Positions 46,501 through 60,006 of a stretch of 64,000 nucleotides of DNA are shown in pieces. The notes below the pieces were generated by a model, which was given only the letters and a program-made list of their open reading frames with translations, was not told the origin of the DNA and did not search any database. The stretch is from Entomortierella parvispora E1425 (lineage: Eukaryota; Fungi; Mortierellomycota), in assembly GCA_020891255.1 (NCBI GenBank), contig BQFW01000008.1:2852001-2916000 (forward strand), read 5' to 3'. Numbering within the stretch: position 1 is the stretch's first letter; the number at the start of each line of letters is the position of its first letter. The translations under genes were made by a program, and so were the position numbers.

Positions 46501-47954
46501 AATGGAAGTTCAAACGGACAGGTTTTACCTCCGACCACGAGGAGTTTCAGCAGCGATTCTCGGTCTCTGAATGGGGGACGAACCTTGGAAAAGCACTTCT
46601 TTATCCAGCACAATTATATCCGCCCAGCACGGTGCGATGGGTGCGACGAAAAGATGTGGGGTCGCGAGTACAAGTGCCAAAGTAAGATTTTTACAGCTGA
46701 TCCTCCCATCGCATGATCTCGGAGTTCTCCTGTTTGTCTAACACCTTGTCCTATTTTGATTTAGGTTGTGGATACCAAGTCCATGGACGTTGTGCGCATG
46801 ACATCCCTCACGACTGTACTGGTGTTCAAAGAGCGTCCGACTCCTCCAGCGTTAACAATATGACAACTGCACCAACCCCCGCCCAAAAGCAGCAGACCAT
46901 GTTTGGAAACAAACTTCAGGCACAGCTGGAGCTAGAGGATAGGGCCATTCCTCTGGTCGTTGAGAAGTGTATCGAAGCCGTAGATCAGCGTGGGCTGGAC
47001 GTTGAAGGAATCTATCGCAGGTCGGGTATGGCTGCAGAAGCTCGTCAGCTGGTTCTTGCCTATGATGCTGGCTATCAGCCAGATCTCTCCAACCTGGATC
47101 TTTACCAGGATATCTGCTCGATTACTTCGGTCATGAAACAGTATCTCCGATCCTTGCCTGAACCTTTGATGCCTTACGATCTCTACCAAGAATTCATGAT
47201 CTCCATGGACTTGCCCGAGACTTCTGAATCCCCTGAACAAGAGTCAATGGCCGAATCAGAGACTCATGAGAGGCCAGAATCAGAATTCAAGTTGCAAACG
47301 TTTAGAAATCTTATCGATAGGATATCTATGGCGCACTATAGAACCCTCAAGGTGCTTATGGAGCATCTGAATAGAGTCACAGAGCGCGCAGCTGTCAACT
47401 TGATGACGCCAAAGAACCTGTCCGTTGTCTTCGGTCCGACTTTGATGCGAAACCCGGACCCAAGCCGAGAGATCTTGGATACGACCTATAAGAACTCTGT
47501 GATCGAATACTTGATCGTGAACACGAGCGAGCTCTTTGTCAGGAACGACCCCTCCCCAGCCATGAATGAAAGTAGCAGCGGGGGCAGTAGTCTCTATGGT
47601 GACGAAATCCAAAACGGAAGGGACCAGGTACTTGGCGGCGGCCATCTGGAGACCATGGCGCCTCCTCCTGGATTCACAGGCCAGAGGCAAGGCTCTGTGG
47701 GAAGTGTGTCCTCAACATCATCCCCGGCTATGAACCCACCTCCGAGAAGGATGAACATTGGGGGACCCTCTAACTTGCAACCCCAAGTCGGTCCAGGGGC
47801 TGCGACCGGAGCAGGAGTGATGCCAGCTTTGCCCCCCCGTTCAGGATCTGGAGAGGCAGTTCCGACAATGGGTCAGTACCAGCAGCAACAGCAACAGCAA
47901 CAGTTGCTTCACCAGCAGCAGCAGCAACTTCGTATGCTTCAGCATCAACAGCAT

Positions 47955-47985
<31 letters not shown>

Positions 47986-48356
47986 TAATGCACCAACAGT
48001 TGCAGCAATCTCAGCAATACAACCCACAAGCGCATCAACAATTTTTGCAGCAACAGCAGCAGTTCCGCATGGCTTACCCACAACCACAGCACCCGACTCT
48101 GCAGCAGCTTAAGCAACAACAGCAGCAGCGTGAGCAGCAACAGAGGGAGCAACTGGATCGCGAGCGCGATCAACAGCAACATCATCATCTGCAACAACAA
48201 CAACAACAACAACAACAACAACCGCAACAGCCACAACACCAGCTACCTCAACTGCAGCAATCACAGCAGCAGCATCAACAAGAATACGAGTATGATCTCG
48301 AAAAGAAGCAGCAGCAGCTGGATCTTCTGCAGCAGGAATACGAGATTGAGCCATAG
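43559..48356 (+). CDS. LIM-LIM / coiled-coil / C1 / RhoGAP protein (Rga-like) with poly-Q C-terminus, multi-exon, first intron GC-AG
   Basis: LIM: CLGCH...WHVQC-FRCAKC, CEQCSYSCKAC..YHADCFMCVQC..YCMTC. C1: HFF..CDGC..CQSCGYQVHGRC. RhoGAP: IPLVVEKCI..GLDVEGIYRRSG, KQYLRSLPEPL, NLMTPKNLSVVFGPTL. Confidence 0.92.
47878..48330 (+). repeat. CAG/CAA poly-glutamine coding repeats, including (CAA)10 at 48192-48221
   Basis: Read directly; encodes the Q-rich tail of the RhoGAP. Confidence 0.9.
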
Positions 48357-48855
48357 ACAAGTGTTGTTGTCCCTTCTAGAGAATATCCAAGTAATAAAAT
48401 GCAAAGAATGGGAGCATTGGGACAAAAAAAAAAACGCGTTTTCGCGCCGGAAGAAAGATTCATCGCGCGTGCTGCGTGAATTGAGTTTCTGAGCTTTTTT
48501 TGAATATTTTGTGTTTTTGAGCACATTCTTTTTTCACCCCTCTTTCTTCCTCTCCCCATCCCTCCCGTGCTTGCACCTACTCCACCATCAACGACCCCAT
48601 CGCCTTGTCTGCACCTTTAACCATCACCAGCGCATTGATCTCACACTCAGCTGATCACTCATCCTCGAAATTGCAATTTCTCTCCCATCTCATCATCTTC
48701 TTCAGTCTTTCATTCAACTCGTCTCATACGAAAGAAGCAAATTCAATTTTCAGAGACAAGCGCACTCATACTCGTTCATACTTGTTCATACTCCCAAGAA
48801 TTGAGATTCCCGACCACCCTCATCTCCGAATTTTCTCCTTCATACTCTCGCTGTC

Positions 48856-50704
48856 ATGTTGACCATCGATTTGAACGGACCATCACGGGATGTTGTCATG
48901 GAACGTCATCTCCAAACTGTCACCGATGTGATGCTCAAGGCCAAGAAAACCATTGTCGTCACGGGAGCCGGTATCTCTTGCAGCAGTGGCATTCCTGTAA
49001 GTCTTTTTTCTATGCAGTCGCTTTGTCATTTCATCTTTTCCGGCTCTTGTTTCATCCCATCCGCAAAGTCATGAACAAAACCATGTCCTATGCCAGACCT
49101 CCTTACTTGAGCGTACCACACTGGTTTCTGCAAGGGGAGGTGGTGCCACAATGTCGAATTTCCATTGAGCTTTTGTGTTCCTCCCCCGCGTTCAGACCCG
49201 TGCGCACAACTCACAGTGGCACGAGGAAGGGGGATGGACTGAAGGGAGAGGAGCGCTCTGAGTCTTTTTTTTTCACACGCGCTGACATTGTCATTCGTGG
49301 GGAGCTGAGATGCCGAAATGGACGCGTCTTTGACTTGTTCATGGTATGATTCTGACGGTTGTCTTGATTGATGTTCTTTAGGATTTCCGTTCGGCGGATG
49401 GACTTTATAACTTGGTCAAGAAACAATACCCCAAGCAGGTCATCAAGGGAAAAGACCTCTTTGACGCCAACTTGTTCAGGGATGAATCCACAACGGCCGT
49501 CTTTTACACCTTTATTTCCGAACTCCATGCACAGACGCTCAAAGCCAAGCCATCACCGACCCACCACTTTATCAAGATGCTCGCCGAAAAGGGCAAGCTC
49601 CTGAGGTGTTATACCCAAAACATTGACTGTTTAGAAGAGGAGCTGGGCATGGAGACGAGTTTAGTCTGCGAGAAGGGCAAGGTCAAGAAGGACGTCAATG
49701 TTGTTCAGTTGCATGGATCGTTGAGGAAACTCAAGTGCACGCTGTGCAGCGAGCCTTACGGATTTTTGAACGACTATGAAAAGGTCTTCCGGGAAGGTGA
49801 AGCCCCTGGATGCCCAAAGTGCGAACTGAATGGTAAGGGGAAAAGATGTGGTTTTTTTTGTTCTGTTGTACTCAATTGAAACTTCCTTGGAAAGAGCCTT
49901 ATTAACCGTGATTATGTTATAGATGTCATTCGCGTTGCGCAAGGAAAGAGAAAGATTGCTACAGGAACTTTGAGACCAGACATTGTGCTGTATAACGAAA
50001 ACCATCCGTTTGGAGAGGCGATTGGCAGGATTCAATCCAACGATCTCTCGAAATCGCCAGACGTGTTGTTGGTCATGGGAACATCTCTCAAGGTGCACGG
50101 ACTTCGCCTGTTGGTACGGAAGGCGGCCAAGATTGTGCATCAGAACAAGAAAGGCTGTGTGATTCTTGTGAACAAGACGGCGGTCGTAGGCAAAGAATGG
50201 GAGGGCGTTTTTGATTACTTTGTTGAAGGCGAGACAGACCCTTGGTGCAATCTCGTGCACGAAGCTATTCGAAAGGTCAAGGTGCAGACAAAGCTGCCCT
50301 TTAAGGCTCTTACGCCGGAGCAAAAGGAGAAGCAGAGGCAGGTCAAGGAGATGGAGAAGCAAGAACAGGAGCAGTCTTCAGATAAGGAGAACCAAGTGCC
50401 CACCCCTACAGAACTGGCCAAGAAGCAAAAGACGACAAGCAAAAAGAGGACATTTGCCGTGATGAACAGCAACAATGGCAACTGCACTAGCAACAACAGC
50501 AGCAAAGTTCCAGAAGAAGTTGTATTGGCATCACCACCGCCATCCCCCAAGAAGGCTGTCCTCTCTACTCTTAACAGGACGAAGCCTAGTCTTAAGCGCC
50601 CTACGGTCGCAAAGCAAATGGTCGTCAAGCCCAAGGAGATTCTCCCAGAAGTAGAACTTCCGTTAGTCCCAGAGCTTCGTCGTTTGCGGTCTGCAAGAGC
50701 ATAG
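48856..50704 (+). CDS. Sirtuin NAD+-dependent deacetylase, Hst3/Hst4-like (exons ~48856-48996, 49382-49831, 49924-50704)
   Basis: GAGISCSSGIPDFRSADGLY, YTQNIDCLE, QLHG, CTLC/CPKC Zn site, LRPDIVLYNE, VMGTSLKV. Confidence 0.92.
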
Positions 50705-51576
50705 AGACAGAAAAAACACATTAAGCCTTCTTACTCATGCGATTGAATGTTACCGTGACGTGTAGATTTTTTTTTTTTTTTTAAAAAAAGATTTTTCAGG
50801 CTCCTGGGCCATGCAAAAGGGGACGTTGTGACAAAGGGGACAGAAAGAGTGAAGGGCGGCTGGGGTTTGAGAAGCTCCTTGGAGGCGGTGGTGGCAATGG
50901 GTGGACAATGCATTGAGGGTGTCTCTCTCTTTTTTTTTTTCTCTCTCTTCTCTTTCTTCTCTTCTCTCTCCTCTTCCTCTTCCTCCCCCCCTCCTCCTCT
51001 TTTCCTCACACTTCCCTCCCTTCTTCTTGCCGAACCTGTCCCGATACCCTTCTGCTTCAGGTCACCTTTTCTTCTCCTCTCCTTCTCGCATCAGTCATCC
51101 ATCGTCACTCGCCATCCTCTTTCATTTGGCCAGTGCCTGAATTCTGATTCTAATCCGCCGAACTTTGTCCTCCCTTTGTAAGAAAAACGACCCTCTCACC
51201 TCCCTCTCCTTTCAAGACCCCTACATATTCTCCATACGTCCTTGCCCTGCCCTTTTCTCCTTTTCGTCTCTGACAAAGAGCCCTTGTTCTATGAGGACCT
51301 TTGTCTCTTGAACCAATTTTTTTTATTTTTATTGTTTACAGCAAGGACAAAAAAAAAAGAAAAAAAAAAAGCTAATCTGGTTGCTCATCGCGTCCCCCTT
51401 CGTCCCTGCCTCATCTCTTTTTTTTTTTTTTTGACTCGCTGTCTTTCTCTCCCTTCCTCTGCACTCCATTCCGCTCTCATCCTGTGCTTTGTTGCATAAA
51501 CTGACCTCTGTGGAAAACACCTTGTCTTATCGCCTACTAGTCCCCTTCGCTCTTTCAACAAAAAACCACCTTGACC

Positions 51577-54500
51577 ATGAACTGGCAGCCACAGCCTGAG
51601 GGGCTTTCTCAGCTCACGACCCTTCTCCGGGATTCAATGTCTTCGAACAATGCTGTCCAGACCCAAGTCAGAGAGGTAATGATTGAAAGAACACTGATTG
51701 ATCGCTCAAAGACCTTCTTTCACGACACGCGCCATGGTCAAACTCCCCGAGAAAAAGAAAGGAACCTGCAAATGACAGGATGGAAAGAGCGCGAGCAGGA
51801 AATCTCGATGATAGGACACAATGTGCCATGCACGCGTGCCAGAGCAGTGACGACAGTGGCAAAAACACTGAGCCTCATGAGGGAGCACGATGAATGGAGG
51901 TCCGTGTGGCTAGTGATCCTCGTGCTCCCGAAGGTCGTTGGTGTCGACAGAGCTCATCTTTCGCGCAGTTGCTTGTTCTCTGCAGTTGGTTTTTCCCCTC
52001 GACCTTGCGTGCCACTTTGGCTTCGCCTCCCACTTTTGTGAACGTTCGAGGACAGTGGACTTTGGAGACAAATCGCGCGCGCCTGTTATACTGGGCCTCT
52101 TGCATTCTGCACCAGGTTGGCGCTACTGTGTCCTGAGCCTACTGCAAGGGTGATATGCAGATATGCAGATATGCAGGCGTTTGGCGGGATACGCTTCACA
52201 AGGGAACGATGTCAGCAAGAAAACCACAACGAATATTCCCGCGAGTCCTTTCTAATCGCCCATTCTTCCTCCTTTTCGAATCATAATAGCAATTGGAGTC
52301 GTTCAGAAATGTTCCCGACTACAACAACTACCTGATCTTCATCTTGACGCAGATGCCTGGAGAGCTCCCAACGACGCGTGCTATTGCTGGACTTTTGCTC
52401 AAGACCAACATTCAATACCACGCCGACGACATCAGACCGGATGTTCTCGAATATGTCAAGGCCTTGGCGCTCCTCCACGTTGGAGACCCCGATGCTGACG
52501 TCCGCAACACACTCGGAACTGTCATCACCACCATTCTCTCCAGAAACTCGATTGCCAGCTGGCCCGAAGTTCTCCCTCAGTTGATGAGCCTTTTGGATTC
52601 TCCTGATCCCAACGTCGTCGAGGTAAGAGTCGATGCTCACCTGAGTCCAAATTTCAAAGCTTGATACTAATCATTTTGCGTTATTCTTGCATTTCCAACA
52701 ACAAAGGGTTCTTTCAAGGCCTTGGCCAAGATTTGTGAAGATTCCAGCGAAGAGCTCGACACAGAAATCAACGGCGATAGACCCCTCAACTTCATGATCC
52801 CCAAGATCATCAGCTACTTCCAGTCACCCGTAGTCGCCATCCGTGTCTGCGCGTTGACTTGCATTAACCAGTTCATCTCCAGAAAGTCGCAGTCCTTCAT
52901 GGTCAACGTCGATACCTTTGTGGAGGGTTTGGGACAGCTCTCTAACGACAACCACCCCGACGTTCGCAAGCACGTTTGCCAGGCCATGGTCATGTTGCTC
53001 GAGGTCCGCCCCGATAAGCTCATCCCCCAGATCAACAACGTTGTCGAGTACATGTTGTACTCTACCAAGGACGACGACGAGGCAGTCGCTTTGGAGGCCT
53101 GCGAGTTCTGGTTGGCTTTTGCTGAGCAGGATGAGATGACTGAGCATTTGCGCCCTCACTTGGGACGTGTCATCCCCGTTCTTCTTCAGGGAATGGTCTA
53201 CAGCGAAATGGACTTGATCACTTTGGATCTCGATGATGAAGATACCACTGTCCCTGATCGTATTGAGGACATGAAGCCCCGTTTCCACAAAGCCAACACT
53301 CATACGACTGAAAACAGCGCTGTCGCCGCCTCTGGTGCTGATGCTGGCCCCGATATGTCTGACGACGAGGATGATGAGGACGATGAGGATGACGAGGATG
53401 ACGATGATATTTACATGGAGTGGAACTTGCGCAAGTGCTCTGCTTCAGCCTTGGACGTCTTCTCTGCTGTCTATGGTACCTCCATGTTGGATATTCTCTT
53501 GCCCTTGCTCCAGACCGAGCTTTTCCACAGTGAGTGGAAGCATCGCGAGTGCGGTATCTTGGCCTTGGGAGCCGTTGCTGAGGGCTGCATGGCTGGAATC
53601 GAGCCCCATTTGCCCACTTTGATCCCATACCTCATCCAGACCTTGAAGGACCCCAAGGTACATTTATGTTTCTTGCGCATCTAATTTTGTCGTTTCTCTA
53701 TAAGTTTTACTAATTATTTCATTGACTCTTTTTTAGTCTCTCGTCCGTGCCATTACCTGCTGGACCTTGGGTCGCTACGCCCGCTGGTGCGTCTACCCCA
53801 CCAACCCTGAGGACCGTCCTCTCTACCTTGTTCCTTTGATTGAGGGTGTAAGTGATCTGCAGATTGATGATAAATGTACCTCAAGGAAAATCAATATCTT
53901 ATATTTTTTCCCTTTATTTTCGTATAGCTCTTGAGCATGGTCAGCGACAACAACAAGCGTGTTCAGGAGGCTGGATGCAGTGCTTTCGCCACCTTGGAGG
54001 AGGAGGCTTGTGATGCCCTCGTCCCATACTTGTTTGGAATTCTCCAGACCTTGGTCCATGCATTCTCGACCTACCAGCAAAAGAACTTGCTCATCCTTTA
54101 CGACGCCATTGGAACTCTTGCCGACAGCGTTTTGGGTGCCCTCAACAAGAAGGAGTACATCGATCTCTTGATGCCATGCTTGATTGAGAAGTGGCAGCAG
54201 TTGCAGGATGACGACAGAGACTTGTTCCCTCTTTTCGAGGTAAGTTACAGTGGTCACCAAGCCGGAAACACAAGCTTGATATAGCAGTCGATCGAAACAG
54301 GTCCTGACGTTTAATATTTTCTTCATAGTGCTTGTCCTCTGTCACCACTGCCTTGGGCCAGGGATTCTTGCCTTTCGCTCCCCCAGTTTTCGACCGTTGT
54401 GTCAAGATTGTCCACAGCAACTTGTTGCAGGCTCAAATGCACAGTCAGGACCCCGATAATGTCCCAGCCCCCGATAAGGACTTCATGATTGTCGCTTTGG

Positions 54501-55331
54501 ACCTCCTCAGTGGATTGACCCAGGGATTGAACACTAGCGTTGAGAGTCTGGTTGCCTCAAGTCAGCCCAGCGTCCTTCAGATCCTCAGCGTTTGTCTCGC
54601 TGACTCGTCTGCCGAGGTCCGCCAGTCCTCGTATGCCCTTTTGGGTGACTTGGCCATTAGCTGTTTCTTGCACATTAAGCCATATCTGAACGCCTTCATG
54701 AATGAGCTCATCAACCAGATCCAGCCCAACCCAGAGTACGTTTCCGTGTGCAACAACGCCGCCTGGGCTGCCGGAGAGATTGCTCTTCAGTATGGAGAGG
54801 GTATGGGTCCTTGGGTCCAGCCCCTTTTGGAGCGCTTGATCCCTCTTTTGACCTCCGAGAACACTGCCCGCACTCTCTTGGACAACTCTGCGATCACGAT
54901 CGGTCGCTTGGGATTGGTCTGCCCTCAATTGGTTGGCCCCCACCTCGAGGTCTTTGCCGAGGCCTGGTGCCACACTTGCCGTACCATCCGCGACAATGAT
55001 GAGAAGGACACTGCTTTCCGTGGTCTTTGTGCCATGATCCAGGTTAACCCCAACGGTTTGATCAAGAGTTTGTTGCCCTTCTGCGACGCCGTCGCTCAGT
55101 GGAGCGAGGTTCCTCAAGAACTTGACCAGCAGTTCGGAAAGGTATGTTGTCTTTGTCTTCGTATTTTTTCTTTTTCTTTTTTTCCTTCTTGTTGGCTGAT
55201 CCTGATGGGCTTCTTTTTGCAATTAGATTCTACTTGGCTACAAGAGCATGATGGCTGGTGCATGGGATCCCTTCGTGGCTTCTTTGAACCCCGACACCCG
55301 GAACCGCCTTGCTCAGCGTTACGCTCTGTAA
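51577..55331 (+). CDS. KAP104: Transportin-1 / importin beta-2, multi-exon, 614-nt first intron
   Basis: [10 protein letters not shown] start, VALEACEFW, acidic H8 loop EDIKPRF-like (EDMKPRFH...DDEDDE), [30 protein letters not shown]-like [42 protein letters not shown]. Confidence 0.93.
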
Positions 55332-55962
55332 AAAAATCTCGACTCTATCGCGCACGAAGGATTTTTTTTTTTTGCAAGATTCAGCACAGGAAACCGAAAA
55401 AAAGTCACGAAAAAAGCATCAAAAAAACAAGAAAAAAATAGGGATACTACATTTACAAGAGGGGAAACAACACAAAAGGACAAGATCAAAATATATCATA
55501 CACAAGAGGGGAACATTTATCCATTCAAAATCACAAGAGAGGTTTTTTTTTTTTTAGTATTTAATTGTATCAACAAGAGGGGCATGGGACAAAAGGTATT
55601 ATGTGATCGGAAGAGAGACAGTCAAGGGACAACTTTTTGACAAAAGATTTGTGCCCCAGGAACATGGCCTTGAGTACTTGTATTTTATCATCATTTCTTC
55701 ATTTGTACAAAAACAGACATGGACCACCTTCAAAAACGAGTCTTGAACAAAGAAGAGTCTCCAACCATATCTCTTTCCGAAGCATAAGAAACACAAGAGG
55801 GGAACACAACAGGGGGAATGGATAATCTGGGATTTTTTTCTTTGGGAGGGGTTTCATCCCGCAAACAAAAGCAAAATAAAAAATAAAAAAAAAAAATCAT
55901 CAGAAAACAAGATGGAATTTCATCCTTGATAAATTTGGAGAAAGTGAACCATGACCTTTTAT

Positions 55963-57581
55963 TTAGTGCACGTTGGTTGGGTCCCAGCAGTATCGGGTCC
56001 GTTGATTTCCAAGGGAGTATAGATCCAATTGTTGCATGTCCTCTTGCTCGAGTTCGAATTCAAAGACATCAAAGTTGTCCCTAATTCTCTCTGGCTGGGT
56101 CGACTTCGGGATCACAACAAAGCCGTGCTGCAGCCCCCATCGTAACAGGATTTTGGCTGAATACCTTGCATACGTGGCTGCGGTTACAGCGTCTGTGCCT
56201 ACACCGTCTTCTTCTTGACGTTCGAACGACATGTTCACCGAGGGGAAATACTTTTGGATCAAATAAGGCATGATCTCCAACGCCCCCAGAGGCGCGACCG
56301 GTGGTGGCGATGGCGACGACGACGGACTCTCTCGTTTTGACTTCTGGGGTGGGAGAGCGTCCAAAGAGATCAATCGACCCTCTCCAAGACTGGAGTACGC
56401 TTGAACTTGGATCTTGTGAACGGCGCAGAAATCCAAAATGTCCTTTTGAACAAGACGCGGGTGTAACTCAAACTGGTGCACATGTGGGATCACCAACGTA
56501 GACGCCAAAGCCCGGTGCTCAGTTGGGGCTTGAATGGACGCGACAGATCCCGGTGGAAGAGGATCCTGCTGCTGATGTGGGTGGTGGTGCGAAGGGTGAG
56601 GATGAACCATATGAGGGCGTTGGACAAGTTGTTTCAAATGACCGAGCGTATAGTTGCTGACACCGATCGCGCGCAGTTTCTTTTCCCGATAGAGGTCCTC
56701 CAATGCTCTCCAGCTTTCCATTCGATTGATCGCATTCCTTGGGTCGGGCAACTTTAGCCTCGCAGTTCTAAGTACCTCACAAGATGCCTGATTAGAAAAG
56801 TGGTGTGTGAAGTGATTCAAAAGATGTAATAGATGGAGACATACCCTGGCCAGTGGATGAGGTAGAGATCAATATAGTCGACCTGAAGGTTCTGTAGCGA
56901 ATCTTGGACAGCTATTTTTGTGACAAGAAGCAATCAGAAACGAAAGAGAAAGGACGAGAATCAATATCTTCCTGCTCTATTACCGCCAGCAAGGTTGATT
57001 TTGTTTGTCCTCATTACCTTGATAACACGCGTCATATCCTTGGTCCTTTGGGGCTACATCAATCGATTACATCATGGCCACGTGTTAGAGATACAAACTG
57101 CATCGAGATCGTCAACTGACCATCATCGTGTCCTTACCAAGCTTGCTGGTCAAGAAGATGTCCTCACGCCTTAGACCAGGGACGAGATCTTGCTCAAAGA
57201 TCCTTTTCAAACTATTACCGATGGCCCTTTCATTCCTATAAACAGTTGCGGTATCTTTCAGGCGTCGAGCGGAAAGGAAAGAGTGCGTATCAGAAAATGC
57301 AGTAAAGCAGCGTGATCCTTGGTCCACGAAGCGCTAAGTAACGCCTTTATCTCCCCTACCGATCAAGCGATATCCAGTTCGCAGAGCCTCCAATAAGCAT
57401 GCATCCAAGATCTCTTGATCCCGAACTCGATACGTTCCAACTGGGAGGAGCAAGAGTCGACGTTAGAAATGGGCATAACTTTTCCAGGTCCATGCTTTGA
57501 GAATTGAGTCGACCTACGTCCGAGAACGGGCATGTGAACGCCATTCGACAGTGTATATGTCTCGGTGAAGTGACTTGTCAT
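55963..57581 (-). CDS. Aldo-keto reductase, 5 exons
   Basis: TLSNGVHMPVLG, GYRLIDTATVYRNE, REDIFLTSK, DYIDLYLIHWPG, RAIGVSNY, HQFELHP, ILLRWGLQHG..IPKSTQPERIRDNF. In-frame upstream ATGs exist to 57659. Confidence 0.9.
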
Positions 57582-57589
57582 CCTGAACA

Positions 57590-57789
57590 TGCGGTGTGTG
57601 TTGTACGAAAGCAAATGTGCGTTGGGACGATGAAAGAGGTGCAAGCGCGACATGCATCGCATCGCCTTCAAATGTTTCACCAACAAGAGAAGAAAAAAAA
57701 CGGCACGTGATTTCTTTTTGGCGTCTTTTGTGCAGATCAACATCGCGTCTTCGCCCACCTTGCTCTCCATCACCACTCCACTCTATTAC
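57590..57789. promoter_or_regulatory. Compact bidirectional promoter between AKR and ECO1 with poly-A tract and GGCACGTGA (E-box core 57704-57709)
   Basis: Divergent ATGs are 130-208 bp apart; the motif was read directly. Confidence 0.45.
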
Positions 57790-59918
57790 ATGAGCACTCC
57801 TCCCTCACAGCGCTCAGAGTCCGAGCCAGGGTCTAGTCCCGTTCCTACAACACCAACCCGGTATAGTCATTACCGGCAATGGCCATTCTCCATTTCCATT
57901 TTACCTGTACGTTGAAGAATCTAACAATCTCTCGTTGCGTTTAGTGAATACAAGTTTCATCGACCAGTCAGGAACACATATGGACGTGCCAAACCCTCAA
58001 CACCCGACTCTTCCTACTCGTCGCCTTCTTTGAGTTTCGTATCCAGCAATTCTCCCTCAAGGACAAACTCCCTTCTATGGGATCAAGATACCCCCTCTAC
58101 TTCTCAGGATCGTCGCCGTAGCGGTGGTCGAACTGCAGGAATTTTGTCCGATCGACTCGCACAATCCAAGCTAGAGCTGAACGATAATAGTGACAACGAC
58201 GAAGCTATGGAGGATGAATCAGAGACTGCAGAGCCAGATACCCCATCAAAACGAAAAAAGAGGATGTTGGTCTCGGCTGTCATTCTTCCACCCAGTCCCA
58301 AGAGATCAAAGACGGCAGAGCGATCACTCGAGAAAGCCGAGTCAAGCAATGGCACCAAAGATGACAACAACACCAACGCTCGTCGGCGCAGAAGCGGAAA
58401 CTTGTCTACCTCCTCTCGGTCTCCTCCCCCTCCGCCATCACCATCCCTAAGTCCTAGTAAGACGATGGTGACTCGTCGGACCAGCGCGAACAGGACAGCA
58501 CTTTTGCAGGATAAGAGTACGAATGAGAAGACGGAAGGAAATGACACTTCCATTGTTTCGACGAACAAGTCAGCCCCAGGATCTTCTGCCAGTGATAGTA
58601 AATCAAAGCAGGCAACACTCTCTGCGTTCTTCTCCTCTAAGGCTGGAAAGGGTACCGGAATTCTCAAATCGAGGTCAGCGTCGACCACAGTTGCATCTTC
58701 AGACCCGGTCTCAACAGGATCCTTCTCCAACAAACCCACCTTGACCAAGGATCCCAAATCAACTTTATCAAAACAGCCCAAAAAACTAGAGCAGATGTAT
58801 CTCGCCTTTTCCAAGGATCGGACGAAATCCTCACCCTCTTCAACATCCAACACATCAAAGTCCAAAATTCCGCTATCTACACGGAGCACACTTTTGAATC
58901 GCGAATCTGAAAAATCCAAGCGGTTCCAATGTCCGCAATGTGGCATGCCATATGTTCGTGGACAGGTCGAGGATGAACAGATCCATGAGCGGTACCACCG
59001 GACAGTTTTGGGAGGCATTGATTACCCTGGATACAAGAATGAGACAGTTGTGGCGCGATACACCGATGATCAACAGGAGAGCACAGCAAAAACCTCCACG
59101 ACGACGAATAGGAGGATCAGTGGCGATTTTCAAGGGTCGAGAATTGTGGTGGTTTCTATGGAACCCAATCTTGCCACAGCAACATCTGGAAAAGACGGGA
59201 CGTCGACCTTTGAAAAGAAGAAGGTACGGAACTTTCTCTACATGGGTTCTTCTTGCTTTCCTATTTGGATCCTAACCATGGATTTTCCTCTTCCTTTTTT
59301 TTTTTTTTTCTCTCTCTTTTTTTTGGTCTTTACGTTCAGGTCAAGGAAGTCCTCCAGGTCATGAACGAGGAATTAGGGTCTGTGGAGTTTGACCCCGAGC
59401 AATTGGAAGGGTGCAAAGTCTTTATGTATATTTCAGGGAAGAAGAAGGTCATTGGATGCGTTGTTGCAGAGCGCATAAAACACGGATTCCAACTTTTGCC
59501 CACCAGTTCCTCCGCCTCCTCTCAATCAAGCGATGATCCTTCAGGACGAAAATCATCACCCATGGCGACATCATCTTCGATCCTTCCAACGCCGGCAAAC
59601 TCTGCTTCGTCTTCCTCATCATCCACCTCTACTGCATTGACACCACCACGAAACAAGGATCTCACCACAGAAGGCTCTGCCATCTTTTGCTCCACCGTGC
59701 CAGAACCAGCTATTTGTGGGATTAATCGCATCTGGGTGTCAAAACTGCATCGTCGTCAAAAAATTGCCTCTCGTTTGTTGGAAGCAGTCCGGGATCGATT
59801 CGTCTACGCTTGTAAGCTCGAAAAGACCGACCTTGCATTCTCTCAACCAACCAGCGACGGCAAAGCTCTGGCGCAGCGGTACTTGGGCGTAGATCGATTC
59901 CTGGTCTACATCGAGTAA
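57790..59918 (+). CDS. ECO1: Cohesin acetyltransferase Eco1/ESCO (exons ~57790-57861, 57945-59223, 59340-59918)
   Basis: PIP-like QATLSAFF and EQMYL, C2H2 finger CPQCGMPY...DEQIHERYH, VIGCVVAERI, CGINRIWV, LAFSQPTSDGKALA. Confidence 0.9.
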
Positions 59919-60006
59919 AGAGAATCACATTTTTTAGAAAAAAAAAAGCGAGCTTGGGAAGTTTTTAATATTGAAAAACGACTATGCAACTGAACGGGCC
60001 GGCCCT

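Noticed and set aside
57716-57726. TTTTGGCGTC as an E2F-like site upstream of ECO1
   Set aside because: It is a single imperfect match and too weak to call.
58104-59018. 304-aa minus-strand ORF, and similar long antisense ORFs at 54557-55222, 49661-50362, 50215-50721, 22848-23306 and 12035-12535
   Set aside because: Each is the antisense shadow of a well-supported gene and has no recognisable motifs.
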